From a virus (Duplodnaviria; Caudoviricetes), in IMG/VR virus record IMGVR_UViG_3300020577_010873, positions 1 through 64,000 of that record: a stretch of DNA of 64,000 nt, one strand, 5' to 3'. The first letter of the stretch is position 1. Each line of letters begins with the position of its first letter. Shown here in pieces: positions 19,601 through 27,187 of this stretch. Under the pieces are notes generated by a model. It was not told the DNA's origin. It did not search any database and saw only the letters and a list, made by a program, of their open reading frames with translations. A program made the position numbers and the translations under genes.

Positions 19601-21356
19601 CGTACACACCTTCGATCTCTTGGTTGAGCCGTCCATCCGCATCCGTCGGCTGGTCGGTCGCGCGGCCGGTGAGGTTGTCCCGGTATCCCTTGCCCGGTCG
19701 GAGTTCGTACTGGTCGGGCGTGAAGTTCTCGGACTCGATGGCTTGGCGCCATGGCGCGTCAATCTGATCGCCCATCACAGCGCGGGCACGCCGAAGCTGT
19801 GGCACGCCTTGGACTGTCGGAACATCTCCCTTCGCGATGTCCTTTCCGAAGGCCATCCCGAATCCCTTGTTTACCTCGGGCGCCCGCTCGATCGCCTGCT
19901 GAAGACGCTCGACCACCGCACTATCCGGACCGAACTGCTCGATCGCCTGCTGAAGAACCTGTTGGGCATGCTGAGGATCTTCGAGTGCGCGGTTGATCTC
20001 CGCCGCCTTGAGCACCTCCGCCTCGGTTTGCTGCGCGATCTCGGCAGCCGTTGCGGTGCCCTTGGAGTATTCGAGAACTTTCTGGAGACGCAGCTTGTTG
20101 GCAAGGAGCATGGTTTGGTCGCCGCGTTGTGCCGCGACTTCCATCTTCATGCGGGCGCTCACCGCCTCGGGGATCGCCTTCTCGTCCTCCGGTCGAAGCG
20201 CCCCCTCTTTGCGAGCCGCGTCCAGTGACTCCTGCCACTGGTCGACCACACCCTTCGTAACCTCCGCTCGGAGGTTGTGCTTCGCCGCACGGATCTCCAG
20301 CGGAGTGAACCCCACGCCTCCGGTGAAACCACCGAGGAAGCTCATGAACAGATCGGTCACGAGGTCCGATACGTTGGTCATCTGCGTCGGGTCGAACAGC
20401 ATCGCCGCAGATACGTGCTGAGCCAGAGTGCTCGCGATCTCCTCCAGCCCTTCGGAGAATCCGGTGCGACCCAGCCGCTTCAGGAGAGACATTCCGCCTT
20501 CCTTGATCGCCTCCTTCAGTGCGTCGCGCGGAGCAACGTCGAAGAACTTCCGCAGCCCATCTGGAAGGAACGGCATCTTCCCGAGGAACTTCGAAGTGCG
20601 AGCCGCGGCGCTACCCAGGTATTCCGACCCAGCCTCGGCCAGAGTGGAGTTCCATGCGTGGAGATATGCCTTCTCTGGAGACGCTCCCTTGGAACGCGCC
20701 TCCTCATACGCCGGAGCGAACGTGGAGAGCGACGTGGCAAACAAGACGGGAAGTCCACCCACCGTGGCCGGAAGGGATGTGACAATTGAACCGCCGGAAC
20801 TACCAAGAAAGTCGACAGTCTGCTTCACCCCATCCGGCATTTCCGCCAATCGGTCGTCGTAATATTTGCGCTGATCTTCCGTTCCAGCCTTCGTCAGTTT
20901 CCCGTACGGTCCTTGCGTGAACCTTTCGTAGTTCTCCGCGGGATTCAGTGAAGGGGTTTTCCCGTCCATCAAATCCAAGAGGGGTTGAAGGCCGGGTAAG
21001 ATGCCGAGCGATGACCGTCCGGCGTTTGCCACAGTGCTCGAAACCGCATCAGCCGCACGATTCACCAACGCCGCGGGTAGATCAGGCACCGCACCCAACG
21101 CGGTTGTGACATTGTTCAACGTGTCGAACCCCGACTTCTGAGCGTCGGTCAGCGGGAAATCCACCGGAGGCTCTGGCTGCGGCGGAGGTCCAATCAAGTC
21201 GCCCGCCCCTTGGACGAACACCGTGTTGAGCTTCGGCATCTGCGGAAGGGTCGCCTGCCGGTGAAGTTCCGCCGCCGCTTGAACGATCTGGTCGTCCCCC
21301 ATGTCATCGGGGAAGTCGACCGGACCAACGCCTGGGACGTCGATGCGTTGTGGCAT
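10401..21356 (-). CDS. Giant internal virion/ejection protein, polyvalent type (3651 aa)
   Basis: Last of three ejection-position genes; hydrophobic Gly-rich helices; HEGLH zincin motif, ART-like YHG segment, SH3-like barrel, beta-clamp-like domain, Arg-rich C-terminus. Confidence 0.85.
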   Translation of the reverse strand: MPQRIDVPGVGPVDFPDDMGDDQIVQAAAELHRQATLPQMPKLNTVFVQGAGDLIGPPPQPEPPVDFPLTDAQKSGFDTLNNVTTALGAVPDLPAALVNRAADAVSSTVANAGRSSLGILPGLQPLLDLMDGKTPSLNPAENYERFTQGPYGKLTKAGTEDQRKYYDDRLAEMPDGVKQTVDFLGSSGGSIVTSLPATVGGLPVLFATSLSTFAPAYEEARSKGASPEKAYLHAWNSTLAEAGSEYLGSAAARTSKFLGKMPFLPDGLRKFFDVAPRDALKEAIKEGGMSLLKRLGRTGFSEGLEEIASTLAQHVSAAMLFDPTQMTNVSDLVTDLFMSFLGGFTGGVGFTPLEIRAAKHNLRAEVTKGVVDQWQESLDAARKEGALRPEDEKAIPEAVSARMKMEVAAQRGDQTMLLANKLRLQKVLEYSKGTATAAEIAQQTEAEVLKAAEINRALEDPQHAQQVLQQAIEQFGPDSAVVERLQQAIERAPEVNKGFGMAFGKDIAKGDVPTVQGVPQLRRARAVMGDQIDAPWRQAIESENFTPDQYELRPGKGYRDNLTGRATDQPTDADGRLNQEIEGVYDQQSKKVVFFRGSIRDPQRLREVARHEGLHQAADTPEGQAKISEFAAQEIGRSQEMRDDVWGLARRYNGRDIPEEYIAHLYEKKKWWREPVDRLRAKLSEWFPKLGPAPAPVAGRILARSIVRNKGVIPNGQEVQSQVQDQEVTQPVPPVLDAAGTAPGTASTPAPAAPAASPQSAETIPAQSAHPSNLPGWLDDEIKRLFDVAQKAGVVPEIESLAAQRKTALEIANAIVVPGYATPQDKKPIVLAVRSKLGIPSMDMTSEFERWIQNRKAAPATAESPKPPVAPTVEASTPAPATPQKDERPFDGGVNRPRSDEPPIAEGKVRVYHGGGFKEASGDWTASRDYAEGYALMNGGNVWYVDLESDSPLLKPAYDDTGLPRRASPAHFSGTAETRDNAKSLGPPKPAPPVAEPTQETKPPESQATASNKAPSVETKSETKTPSEPVPKPPESPSEPKAEAPAHPEPTPTPKEEAKIQKKKEQADLQAELDAELGQTETHEPTKDKGGTTATDSVESKGRKPKRVAPPHLRQKKAKAESTPQPAPTPTKDISKGDRVEWDDDGVRRTGVVLERNAMGVSVDDDASGRRYLLASDRLKLLPPVEATPYPAPTPEPTPAPQNVAPEQPPLAAHEPAPIETPQPQPAPPAHAAPEVVPPTPVPGESELRKEERVEGKPEASNERKTSTAKALKVQKEYLVEAVTKALEEAPESVGSPDSDEIAAAQKEWDAAKLEAGKMQNLSDRETANASALEKYQSRIEILFEKYKTPTTIDLAVDGKPGPGGVVPRKTNELDFSQRQVLLVDQIKKAKWQGPTGITFDVPGDGVFTVVNDKPTLRKFLETVKKRFPKGDGRSSEPKMASTSEKSTPKEAALKTFTDRVKVVGVFASTDVTRKVVNRVAHAGGLLIATDGRQMAVIPAGESTTDVHQFNSQTGEQVKFEVDDKGAKSDLAQYPNWRQVLPSDPEWRAKADVAVLLKMVRGALQLWVGEERKSSSKPMQLFLDSDGNFGVKAIVPDSGEFESGVTEKSKIIGAFNADYLADGLEAAARMGNQSLWVATDEGLLGPASFLGTDFAYVLMPMRDAETYKKTRVTVKTAEADAQRSTLTEQWRKQLEIETTESTEPKKPKAKRKANGQKFSIIPTENRETLLAQDVQWFRNEYKSAPEIVFRDEPDDLVQEPVYYDPGFRQIVVVPRLLPRTRGARRSLFLGALADAGINLIPEAFWDSAWEDIRKVDPEMLKRAADALKVDVRESSGRRAVLRRLVEQRMQGPTRYGLVRSLLRMFRAESPTARVVARVARQIAKQSENFIPETPYTFATDSQEQVHADVNAAVWGLRSDVYALRDAANEVISRAIEDNQWQRIKNRLGELAEQGESASIGRGRRIRLNIDSPQFIAELEALQVPHNQSDVQAHHTWLDELEARRVVTLMDNLDKNRETLGFLDENLRTGSGDLTKQSSSVIEALKSRIARQQARLDRIETERPAVFDRANSIRRATDGMAEARAARATLTAPEIQPWIETIYEIERSGAIPRGMDEVSPSLRTPIEVASGLFGHHALEIQRSMRERMDRVSERLAKNLRKLQQRRRELRSKQGDVDVRVHELLTSIAGDAEASGGLFSRSVAQQVRERELAISRLAVFLGQAQPNSVAAEFTEAMTSGDIFAAMGSASAGELPAGAPSQERPVASDEAFGRNVAMIRAVAQGASITDDVLREILDMANRDMGFSNVVLMLADEADSRSERRMLDVIERVEAARESMLAHPQPLNAEERATREGFIAARGMLERLRLERSGASATLAEVEKEIQEAEIEQRSIAMLHQLAARAVELAGGEMGDRIGTAEMVYRTNSHGLHFVEFIKADGTKQESVIIGPNKEYTAEVIQKIIEWRQAAQEAVEEAQANPTNPPNAPHITRGLAVGAEKALAAIDAYSTPDNLLKTSRYKIFNLWLAKTEFAIRAILPRLIPGIHGRLFAESIAGYARLGRLLDAIAAKNHARRMKLLHSAYESLGLDPYNANHQSDLATAYAEVAHRYREHGSKVAVGDTLLNTSLRNKPITRELVTLLRFDRDLFREAQRIMQSEDYGGIRENLRGIRLVRPAAETGDIGLARKVNSEIERQIAANYEAALGADPKNPDMSQTWVAFPDIVRFHILDSLRSDLAFERNPILLELEQQYARDIRSGKVPPPSIASAFEDTVSALAVYANNRIASPHETIRKALSDELMVYARVARSRRASSVDSTTPMTRVGTYTGEDDTNEFTSPAAKLIYPSSMYEYGASGSVNDMRGALSNVLDVSQVSMLGSGKAAAEHLRTIADILKNIQDPRMNDEVRAVARWFTNSRPDVEVTQEVANSAATKVRAVAEAIERDLAHIQSPSVSPGGLQKFTGALMPFMLAAPRVGLSNVVGGPLSSRRILTPLIGAPLANLAAFGLTLHSLSYAVYNMTDWMVRKTVGIHLPRLGTSPEVMEWLQSIGWGSRIGYAELEGLKAHMGGGVGNATIRRIGQVGEVLESTVGSKVGTTGTDAHLNRMAATTLVPLMLRRMTAIANSWRNRLAKANIEVSGDVTGEWAIGDADIGNSAGFREMLREAGVHPEEFMAALARGEIDNRRFWLNPLGAKFGNAVLSEWNASTRTNRPSARGLRSLLLGWMTFEVSRTVDMFRQPVDRSATRKLMNTAITAGSMLLSSFAIYYFGVAVRQAMNDVQTTIARELAEAIASPPDDDDDLWDWIQNLLARFVSAWEINSAPQLTPKDKSWWNRPILAIAWDVLQTPAKSLGVDRIATGNGFMAPGPGILLQIAEAGILAARATMEVMTGKNVDAKVDAANASRSILGSFGELGRVLANFFHGTPRRQTTSAIRDAANAQGVQVVSRTAPSTFAFQRDAALQPELLGAALAFSEANPEDREAAKKRLVSVAQAIYQRAYDRVIERGGFTNPVEAKDEADRAGQRAVQSAVSSIEPVTRAIGRSVTPDEYAKLKTSGVLENPEVVRETKAVAAAAQALASTPTPTGRAMVNPSQAVTSPISHAGSGGGGFSSGGSSTRRPLGRRLPALRSRMPRLRRARASRVPRLRKPPKLRRPRL

Positions 21357-21357
21357 G

Positions 21358-22536
21358 TCAGTAGCGGATAAGTTGTCCGGTCTTGGGGTCGAAGTATCCG
21401 ACGGATCCAGTCTTGGATACCTGTTGGGTGGTATTGGGCACCGAAACTAGGTTGAACCCGTACTGCGTCAGCAGTTCCAACAGAGGTTCGGCGTTGAAGT
21501 TGAGCGGTGGGAGTTGGGGGGTTGTCGTCCGGGGACGTGGGGTGTACGCCACCTTCTCCTTCGCCACCTGTGCCGCCTGCAAGTCGTTCAGAGCATTGCG
21601 AAGCTCCATCGCCTCTTGCGACTTCATCATGATGTTCGTCACGTCCGTAACACCCGATCCCGCCATCTGCCCCCCCTTGAGTTGGGCGACTCCGTTCGGA
21701 CCTTCGGTAACGACCAACCTCATTTCATCCGGGATGGAACCGCCGTTCACCTTCGCCGCCCTCTGGTTCCACGCCTTGGCCTCTTGCACCATGCGCTCGT
21801 TGTAGACCGATTGAGCCGACGTAAGTTTGGGGTACGCCGCGAGCATCGCGTCGGACGCGGCATTCCCCGCCTGCTTGTACGCCGCATCGTACCCGAGTTC
21901 GGAGTTGAGCTTCGACACGTCGAGTTGGTTCGAGAAGTCCTGCTGAGTCAGGCGACTCAGGCGATCGAGCAGCGCCAGCCGGTTGGCCTCCACGTCCTGC
22001 GACTGGCGCCACGCGTCGGTGCCCTCAGACCGCCGAAGCTGGGCTTGCTCAAGGTTCTGCCGAAACGCCTGCGCCGCCGACTGGAGATTGAAGTTCCGGT
22101 TCGACTCGATCTCGCGGAACTCCTGGGCGTCGTCCGCAAGCTTGGCCGACTGCATGCCACCGAAGTCGTTGCCGAAGATCCAGTTGCCCGAGGCGAATCG
22201 GTTTGCACCGCTTTCCCCTCCGGCCCGGGACAGCACGTCCGCGAGCTTGGCCACCACCTGGGCCTGCTCCTCCGGGGACTTCCGCTGGATCGTCGTGTTG
22301 TCCAGCCCGCTATAGCCGGGGAGCGAACCCACGGCGTCCGCCACCGGCTTGTAGAACGAGTAGCCCGAACTCGACGGAGTGTGCGAGGCGATGCCGATGG
22401 CCTTCACCGTGGCGATCCACTTGTTCGGGTCGGTGCCCGGCACGTACGCCGGGATGGCCACCCCCGGAACGAGGGTGTTTCGAGGCGACCCCAACCCGTG
22501 GGATTCGCTGAGATGGATGGCGTCGAGTTCGTTCAT
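21358..22536 (-). CDS. Internal virion/ejection protein
   Basis: Position between the nozzle and the giant gene; Gln/Ala-rich helical composition. Confidence 0.65.
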   Translation of the reverse strand: MNELDAIHLSESHGLGSPRNTLVPGVAIPAYVPGTDPNKWIATVKAIGIASHTPSSSGYSFYKPVADAVGSLPGYSGLDNTTIQRKSPEEQAQVVAKLADVLSRAGGESGANRFASGNWIFGNDFGGMQSAKLADDAQEFREIESNRNFNLQSAAQAFRQNLEQAQLRRSEGTDAWRQSQDVEANRLALLDRLSRLTQQDFSNQLDVSKLNSELGYDAAYKQAGNAASDAMLAAYPKLTSAQSVYNERMVQEAKAWNQRAAKVNGGSIPDEMRLVVTEGPNGVAQLKGGQMAGSGVTDVTNIMMKSQEAMELRNALNDLQAAQVAKEKVAYTPRPRTTTPQLPPLNFNAEPLLELLTQYGFNLVSVPNTTQQVSKTGSVGYFDPKTGQLIRY

Positions 22537-22542
22537 GGCTGG

Positions 22543-23259
22543 TTAGTCGGCTGTGGCGAGGCCGGTGAAGGAGTTCCCGAGGCTGAGTTGGAGGATGTTC
22601 GACAGGGCGGTGGCGAGTTTGGATTGGGCGTTGCTCGACACCTCACCCGGCTGGTTGAGCAGGCTGAGGAGCGAGGCGGCCAATGCCTGACGCTGACCCG
22701 CGGCGGAGGTGCGGGCGGAGAGCAGGGTGTTGGCGTCCGCCCGCTCAGCCGCGGCCACGCTCGCCGCGTTCTGGAGCCGAAGCTTGCCCGCCTCGGCCGC
22801 GGCGATCTTGGTCAGGAAGCTCGAAAGCCCACCCCCGGCGGTGCCGGAGGCGCCGACCCGACCGAGGCCAAGCCCCTTGGAGATGTCGGCCCGCAGGATG
22901 CTGTCCACCCCGTCCATCGCCTTCGTCTGGCGCTCGCGGATTCCCTGGAGCGTCGCCTGGATGCCGTTGGGGTCGAACACCGAGTTGACCGACGAAATCT
23001 CCTGCTTGTTCGCCCGTGCCAGGGTGGGGAAGACCTTCTGCAACGCGTCGTTGTAGTCGGCCACGCCCTTGTTGAGCGTCGAGGCCAGACCATCGGCGGA
23101 CAACGCGGCTTGGTAGATCATCGGGTCGAGTCCCGGGATCTTCGCCGCCCGTGCGGTTTCGAACGCCCCGCCGGAGTTGGTCCCGAAGTAATCGGGGACT
23201 TCGGTGGATGCGGTTGCCCCAGTTTTGCTGGCGGTTGGAATTGTCCACTTGGTGGCCAT
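22543..23259 (-). CDS. Small internal virion/ejection protein
   Basis: Ala/Gly/Ser-rich; podovirus gene order. Confidence 0.6.
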   Translation of the reverse strand: MATKWTIPTASKTGATASTEVPDYFGTNSGGAFETARAAKIPGLDPMIYQAALSADGLASTLNKGVADYNDALQKVFPTLARANKQEISSVNSVFDPNGIQATLQGIRERQTKAMDGVDSILRADISKGLGLGRVGASGTAGGGLSSFLTKIAAAEAGKLRLQNAASVAAAERADANTLLSARTSAAGQRQALAASLLSLLNQPGEVSSNAQSKLATALSNILQLSLGNSFTGLATAD

Positions 23260-23271
23260 AGGTCAATGGGG

Positions 23272-24027
23272 TTAAACGAGTTCGGCGAAAGCGTGGGTGA
23301 GTTTCACGGGACGGCCCAAGATGTCCTCCAGCCAAGTTACGCACGACACGTGCTCGATGGAGCCGGCGGCGATGCTGCCCTCGGGGATTGGTGGAGGGGT
23401 TGCGCGGGGGAGCGGCGACCGCTGGAACACCACCTTCTGCACCAAGTTCGAGGAGTCGATTCCGCCGTGAAGCGGTGCGTTCTGCGGAACCAGCGTCACC
23501 CGAAGCACGGGGAACAGGATGTCCGACTGGCGGGACTTCCACGCCGCCGGAACCGGCCACCCGGTGGTGTTGTACGAGCGCACGCCCTGCACGTCGACGT
23601 ACGGGGTGTCGACCGGAGGCACCGAGTATTGCACTTCGACCAGCGTGTCGACCGTGCTGATGCTGCCGTAGCGCCCGCTGTCCACCGGACCAACGGAGAT
23701 GGGCCACAAGCCGCTTCCGAAGGTGGTGACGAGCGACAGGCGAGACGCCTTCTCCAGCCCGCTGACGCGCGTCCACCCCAGCCGTTCGCTCGACGCTGTG
23801 GATGCCCCGGAGGCCAGCCGTTGCCGGGGGGTGGTGAGCGCCTGGACGCCTCGCCCCGGGTGAATCGGTGCGCCGCCCGAGGACTGCGCGATCTTCACCT
23901 GGGCCGACCACGCCTTCACGCGCCGGTCGTACTCGGTGAACACCGCGGTCAATCCTCCAGGGATCCCCGCACGGTAACAATCCGTTAGGGACGGTGGATC
24001 GGGGATGTTAATGATCGTCGGGTTCAT
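23272..24027 (-). CDS. Putative tail-associated protein
   Basis: ATGA overlap with the nozzle gene. Confidence 0.6.
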   Translation of the reverse strand: MNPTIINIPDPPSLTDCYRAGIPGGLTAVFTEYDRRVKAWSAQVKIAQSSGGAPIHPGRGVQALTTPRQRLASGASTASSERLGWTRVSGLEKASRLSLVTTFGSGLWPISVGPVDSGRYGSISTVDTLVEVQYSVPPVDTPYVDVQGVRSYNTTGWPVPAAWKSRQSDILFPVLRVTLVPQNAPLHGGIDSSNLVQKVVFQRSPLPRATPPPIPEGSIAAGSIEHVSCVTWLEDILGRPVKLTHAFAELV

Positions 24028-25793
24028 TCGACGGCGTTGGTGCTTCGGGCCACCCCGGCTTCCATGCGCGAGAACTGGACGGGACCACCCACCAGCGGTT
24101 CGATCCGCAGGTCGAACCACACGAACCGGCCCTCCAGCTTGAAGTTCCACCGGGCGGGCTTGGTCGACGGGGTGACGTTCGGCACCACCGGAGGCCCCTG
24201 GAGGGTGCGGGTGCTCAGTTGGATCAGCTTGTACGACACGTCGCCCAGGGCCAGCGGGTCGACCGGGGTGCCGGACAGGCCGACGTACAGCGTGAGGGTG
24301 GCCGGCGTGTCGGTCGATCGGGCCAGGAAGTCCACGAGCAACTGGGAAACGGTCTTAGCCATCGACAGCCCGAAGTTGGTGGGCGCCGTGACCAGCCGGC
24401 AGCCGTAGGCGTCCGTCACCCAGCCGTCGGCGGTGCGGCGCTCCATGCCGTAGAAGTCGGCGTCGAAGATCTTCACCGCGTTGTCCGACGCCGTGACAGC
24501 CACGACCACACCATCCCCGGCGCACGAGACCTCGCACGGGTGGTTGAACAGATCGCACGGACCGGCGGTGCGCTCGGCCGCGGGCAGGATTCGGGCGTCG
24601 TCCCTGGGACCGAGCGGGAAGTTCGCGTCGATTCCAGCCGAGTCGCACAGCCCATTTCGGGTCAGCCACATTGCGAAGTCGTCGCTCCGGTCGATGTGGC
24701 CAGAGATGATGGCGTTGAATCCCGCGGTCTTGATCGCCGTCGACTGCTCCCGGGTGTTGATCACGTACGTCTGGCCAAGTTCGGCGGAGGAGAACAGGAG
24801 TTCATGCCGAGTCGGGTCGTACTCCGCGGCGGAGATGCGACACGAGCCGCCTCCCAGGAACTCCTCGGGCAACCCCTTGTTCACCCACTCCACCCACTCC
24901 GGGGCCGACGAGTAGGGCGACAGCGCGTAGATGCCGTCGACCGCCATGAAGAACACGATCTCCCGATTGCAGGCGAATGCCGTGGGACTGACCAAACAGG
25001 CGTCGCGCTTCGAGTGGTAGTAGAGTTGCTGGAACGAGAACGAACCATCGTCGCCCACTCCGAGACGCCACGCCCCATGGGTGGTGAGGATGAGGAACAG
25101 CGTCCCGCACGCGACGGCGCCCAGCACTTCCTCGCCCGTGTTGAGGTCGCGGAACCCCGCGATGCTGTCGTCCCCGACCGAGAAGTCGACGGAGTCGGGA
25201 TTGCCCCACAGCACCCGGTTTCCCACCCGGTGCCCGTCCATCACCACGTTGGCCACGAACGGGCAGCCCTGGTAGGACCAGCAGACGGACGCGCCGGTTA
25301 CACCGATGGCCGTAAGCGTCTCGATCTCCGAGAACTGACCGATGCCCACCCGCTGCCACCGCACGTCCACGCCGTTGCCCGCCACCACCGCCGCGCTGGT
25401 GCTGCCGAAGCTCCACCGCCCGCCGCCCGTCCGGGTCGTCCCGCCGCAGTTGGTCCACCCCCCGTCCATCCGGTTCATCCAGATGTCCGACCCGGCCCCG
25501 GCGAACAGCCGGACACCGCTGGAGTTCCGGGTGTTCGGCTGGTGCAGATGCAACGACGTGATGGGATTCGACGCCCCGTGCTGGTCGTGCAAGTCGCAGT
25601 TCGGGTGGGTCGTCCAGTGGCCAAACCGGCGCCATCCGCTCATGCGGGCCAGCCGGCCAGCCTGGGGGGCGGTGAAGTTCTGGACGTGCCGCCAGCGTCC
25701 CCACGGGACAGCGTCGACCGCCGACTGACGGTCCATCGGGGCCGTCATCGACGGCCAGACAATCGGCTTCTGCCCTGTTTGGGAGAGGATCAT
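24024..25793 (-). CDS. Tail nozzle/stabilisation protein (P22 gp10/T7 gp12-like)
   Basis: 589 aa with repeated beta-propeller-like blades (VFFMAVDGIYAL, LLFSS); genomic position. Confidence 0.7.
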   Translation of the reverse strand: MILSQTGQKPIVWPSMTAPMDRQSAVDAVPWGRWRHVQNFTAPQAGRLARMSGWRRFGHWTTHPNCDLHDQHGASNPITSLHLHQPNTRNSSGVRLFAGAGSDIWMNRMDGGWTNCGGTTRTGGGRWSFGSTSAAVVAGNGVDVRWQRVGIGQFSEIETLTAIGVTGASVCWSYQGCPFVANVVMDGHRVGNRVLWGNPDSVDFSVGDDSIAGFRDLNTGEEVLGAVACGTLFLILTTHGAWRLGVGDDGSFSFQQLYYHSKRDACLVSPTAFACNREIVFFMAVDGIYALSPYSSAPEWVEWVNKGLPEEFLGGGSCRISAAEYDPTRHELLFSSAELGQTYVINTREQSTAIKTAGFNAIISGHIDRSDDFAMWLTRNGLCDSAGIDANFPLGPRDDARILPAAERTAGPCDLFNHPCEVSCAGDGVVVAVTASDNAVKIFDADFYGMERRTADGWVTDAYGCRLVTAPTNFGLSMAKTVSQLLVDFLARSTDTPATLTLYVGLSGTPVDPLALGDVSYKLIQLSTRTLQGPPVVPNVTPSTKPARWNFKLEGRFVWFDLRIEPLVGGPVQFSRMEAGVARSTNAVE

Positions 25794-26110
25794 CGGATGG
25801 ACCGCTTTCCGATGTTGTAGAAATGGTTTGGTACCGCCTTCAGTTCAGGCCATCCATCATCCCTGAACCCCACTTCGCGTACGCGCATCTCCTCCGCGTA
25901 ATGCGCTTCTCCACCCACAAACCTTCCAACGAGGAACCGTTGCTCCACCCTGTCCCCTGGGCGCAGACAAGCGAACTCCCAATCCGAAATATTGAGAGCG
26001 ATAGGGATCTCACAAAAAATCCGGCTGGTCTGCGCCTTCGGCTTGCAGCCCACGGCAGCCAGAGCGGGAGCGCAGAGCGCGGCGATGAATCCTCGGCGGG
26101 TGGTGTTCAT
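25790..26110 (-). CDS. Putative Tat-exported lipoprotein
   Basis: TRRGFI twin-arginine motif followed by LAAVGC lipobox. Confidence 0.55.
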   Translation of the reverse strand: MNTTRRGFIAALCAPALAAVGCKPKAQTSRIFCEIPIALNISDWEFACLRPGDRVEQRFLVGRFVGGEAHYAEEMRVREVGFRDDGWPELKAVPNHFYNIGKRSIR

Positions 26111-26119
26111 TTGTGCGTA

Positions 26120-27187
26120 TTACGAGAACGTGAGTCGGATGGCCCCACCCGCTCCAGCGGGTGCCTGGGATGTGTTGCTGTTAATGCCGTCCGTTCCGGA
26201 GCCAGCCGAATACCCGGAGGCCGAGACGCCCACACCACCGACACCGGCAACCGAAGTCGTTCCCGCCGTGCCTGGATTCCCGATTGAGGAAGCGGCATCG
26301 ACCGATCCGACGCCAAGGTTGTTGGCTCCCGAAACGGAAGGACTGGCGCCGGCCGTTCCTGGCACGCTGTAGGACTTCGCGATACCACCGTTCCCGCCGG
26401 GATTGGCGAAGGCATTCACCGCCGAACCGTGCGTGGTCTTGTAGAGCACGCTCGCGCTACCCGGTGCGCCGGGATCCAGAATGAACTTGTCGCCCACGTG
26501 AATCGGGATCCCGGTGATCTTCAGGTACGCACCCGAAGCGCCACCGCCACCGAAGGCCAGCGTGTTGGGAGCCACGATCCATCCGCTGTGGCTGTTGTTT
26601 CCCCCCGTTCCACCCGGGCCCCAAATCTCAGCCGTCATGGTGCCATCGGCGGCGACAACGTACTCCCCTGGAGTCACGGTGTTGGTGTAGGTGTAGGGGG
26701 TAGTGCCCGAACCCGACGCCATCTTACCCGATGCCACCGCCGAGAACCCGCTGTTGCTCAGCGTATTGTGCGCCTTGACCGCGTAGTAGTATACCGTGCC
26801 TGCCACCACGTCATCGTCGACAAACTCCGTGGCGTCGATGGCTGATGCGACGACCGCCATGTCCGACGGGTTGCTCGTCCCTCCCCGGTACACGCTGTAG
26901 CTGTTGGCCGAACTCACGCTGGACCACGTGACCTTCACGTCGGTCGTCCGGCTGGAGGTGGCGGCGACGTTCGAAGGGGCGCTCAGGCTGTTGCTGCCCG
27001 TGCCCGTTCCTCCTCCGCTCTCGTTCTTGAACGCGTCGGACAACGTGCCGTCCGCGTTATACATCCACGTCTTCTCCTGGCACACGAGGTCCAGCAGGGT
27101 GCGTAGGGACGTGAGCTGATCGCACGGGGATGCGGTGGGCGAAAGCTTGATGGCGCAGAACTGGGAGGGAGTGACGGGCGATCCCAT
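26120..27187 (-). CDS. FN3 plus glycine-rich virion protein
   Basis: SAPSNVAAT...VKVTW...YSVYR...YYYAVKAHN FN3 pattern; GGGGASG repeats. Confidence 0.75.
   Translation of the reverse strand: MGSPVTPSQFCAIKLSPTASPCDQLTSLRTLLDLVCQEKTWMYNADGTLSDAFKNESGGGTGTGSNSLSAPSNVAATSSRTTDVKVTWSSVSSANSYSVYRGGTSNPSDMAVVASAIDATEFVDDDVVAGTVYYYAVKAHNTLSNSGFSAVASGKMASGSGTTPYTYTNTVTPGEYVVAADGTMTAEIWGPGGTGGNNSHSGWIVAPNTLAFGGGGASGAYLKITGIPIHVGDKFILDPGAPGSASVLYKTTHGSAVNAFANPGGNGGIAKSYSVPGTAGASPSVSGANNLGVGSVDAASSIGNPGTAGTTSVAGVGGVGVSASGYSAGSGTDGINSNTSQAPAGAGGAIRLTFS

Noticed and set aside
21514-23988. Long plus-strand ORFs opposite structural genes (e.g. 21514-23988, 14688-16499, 24219-25820, 27057-29120 minus)
   Set aside because: Typical high-GC antisense shadows, Arg/Gly/His-rich with no motifs; the opposite frames carry coupled, recognisable genes
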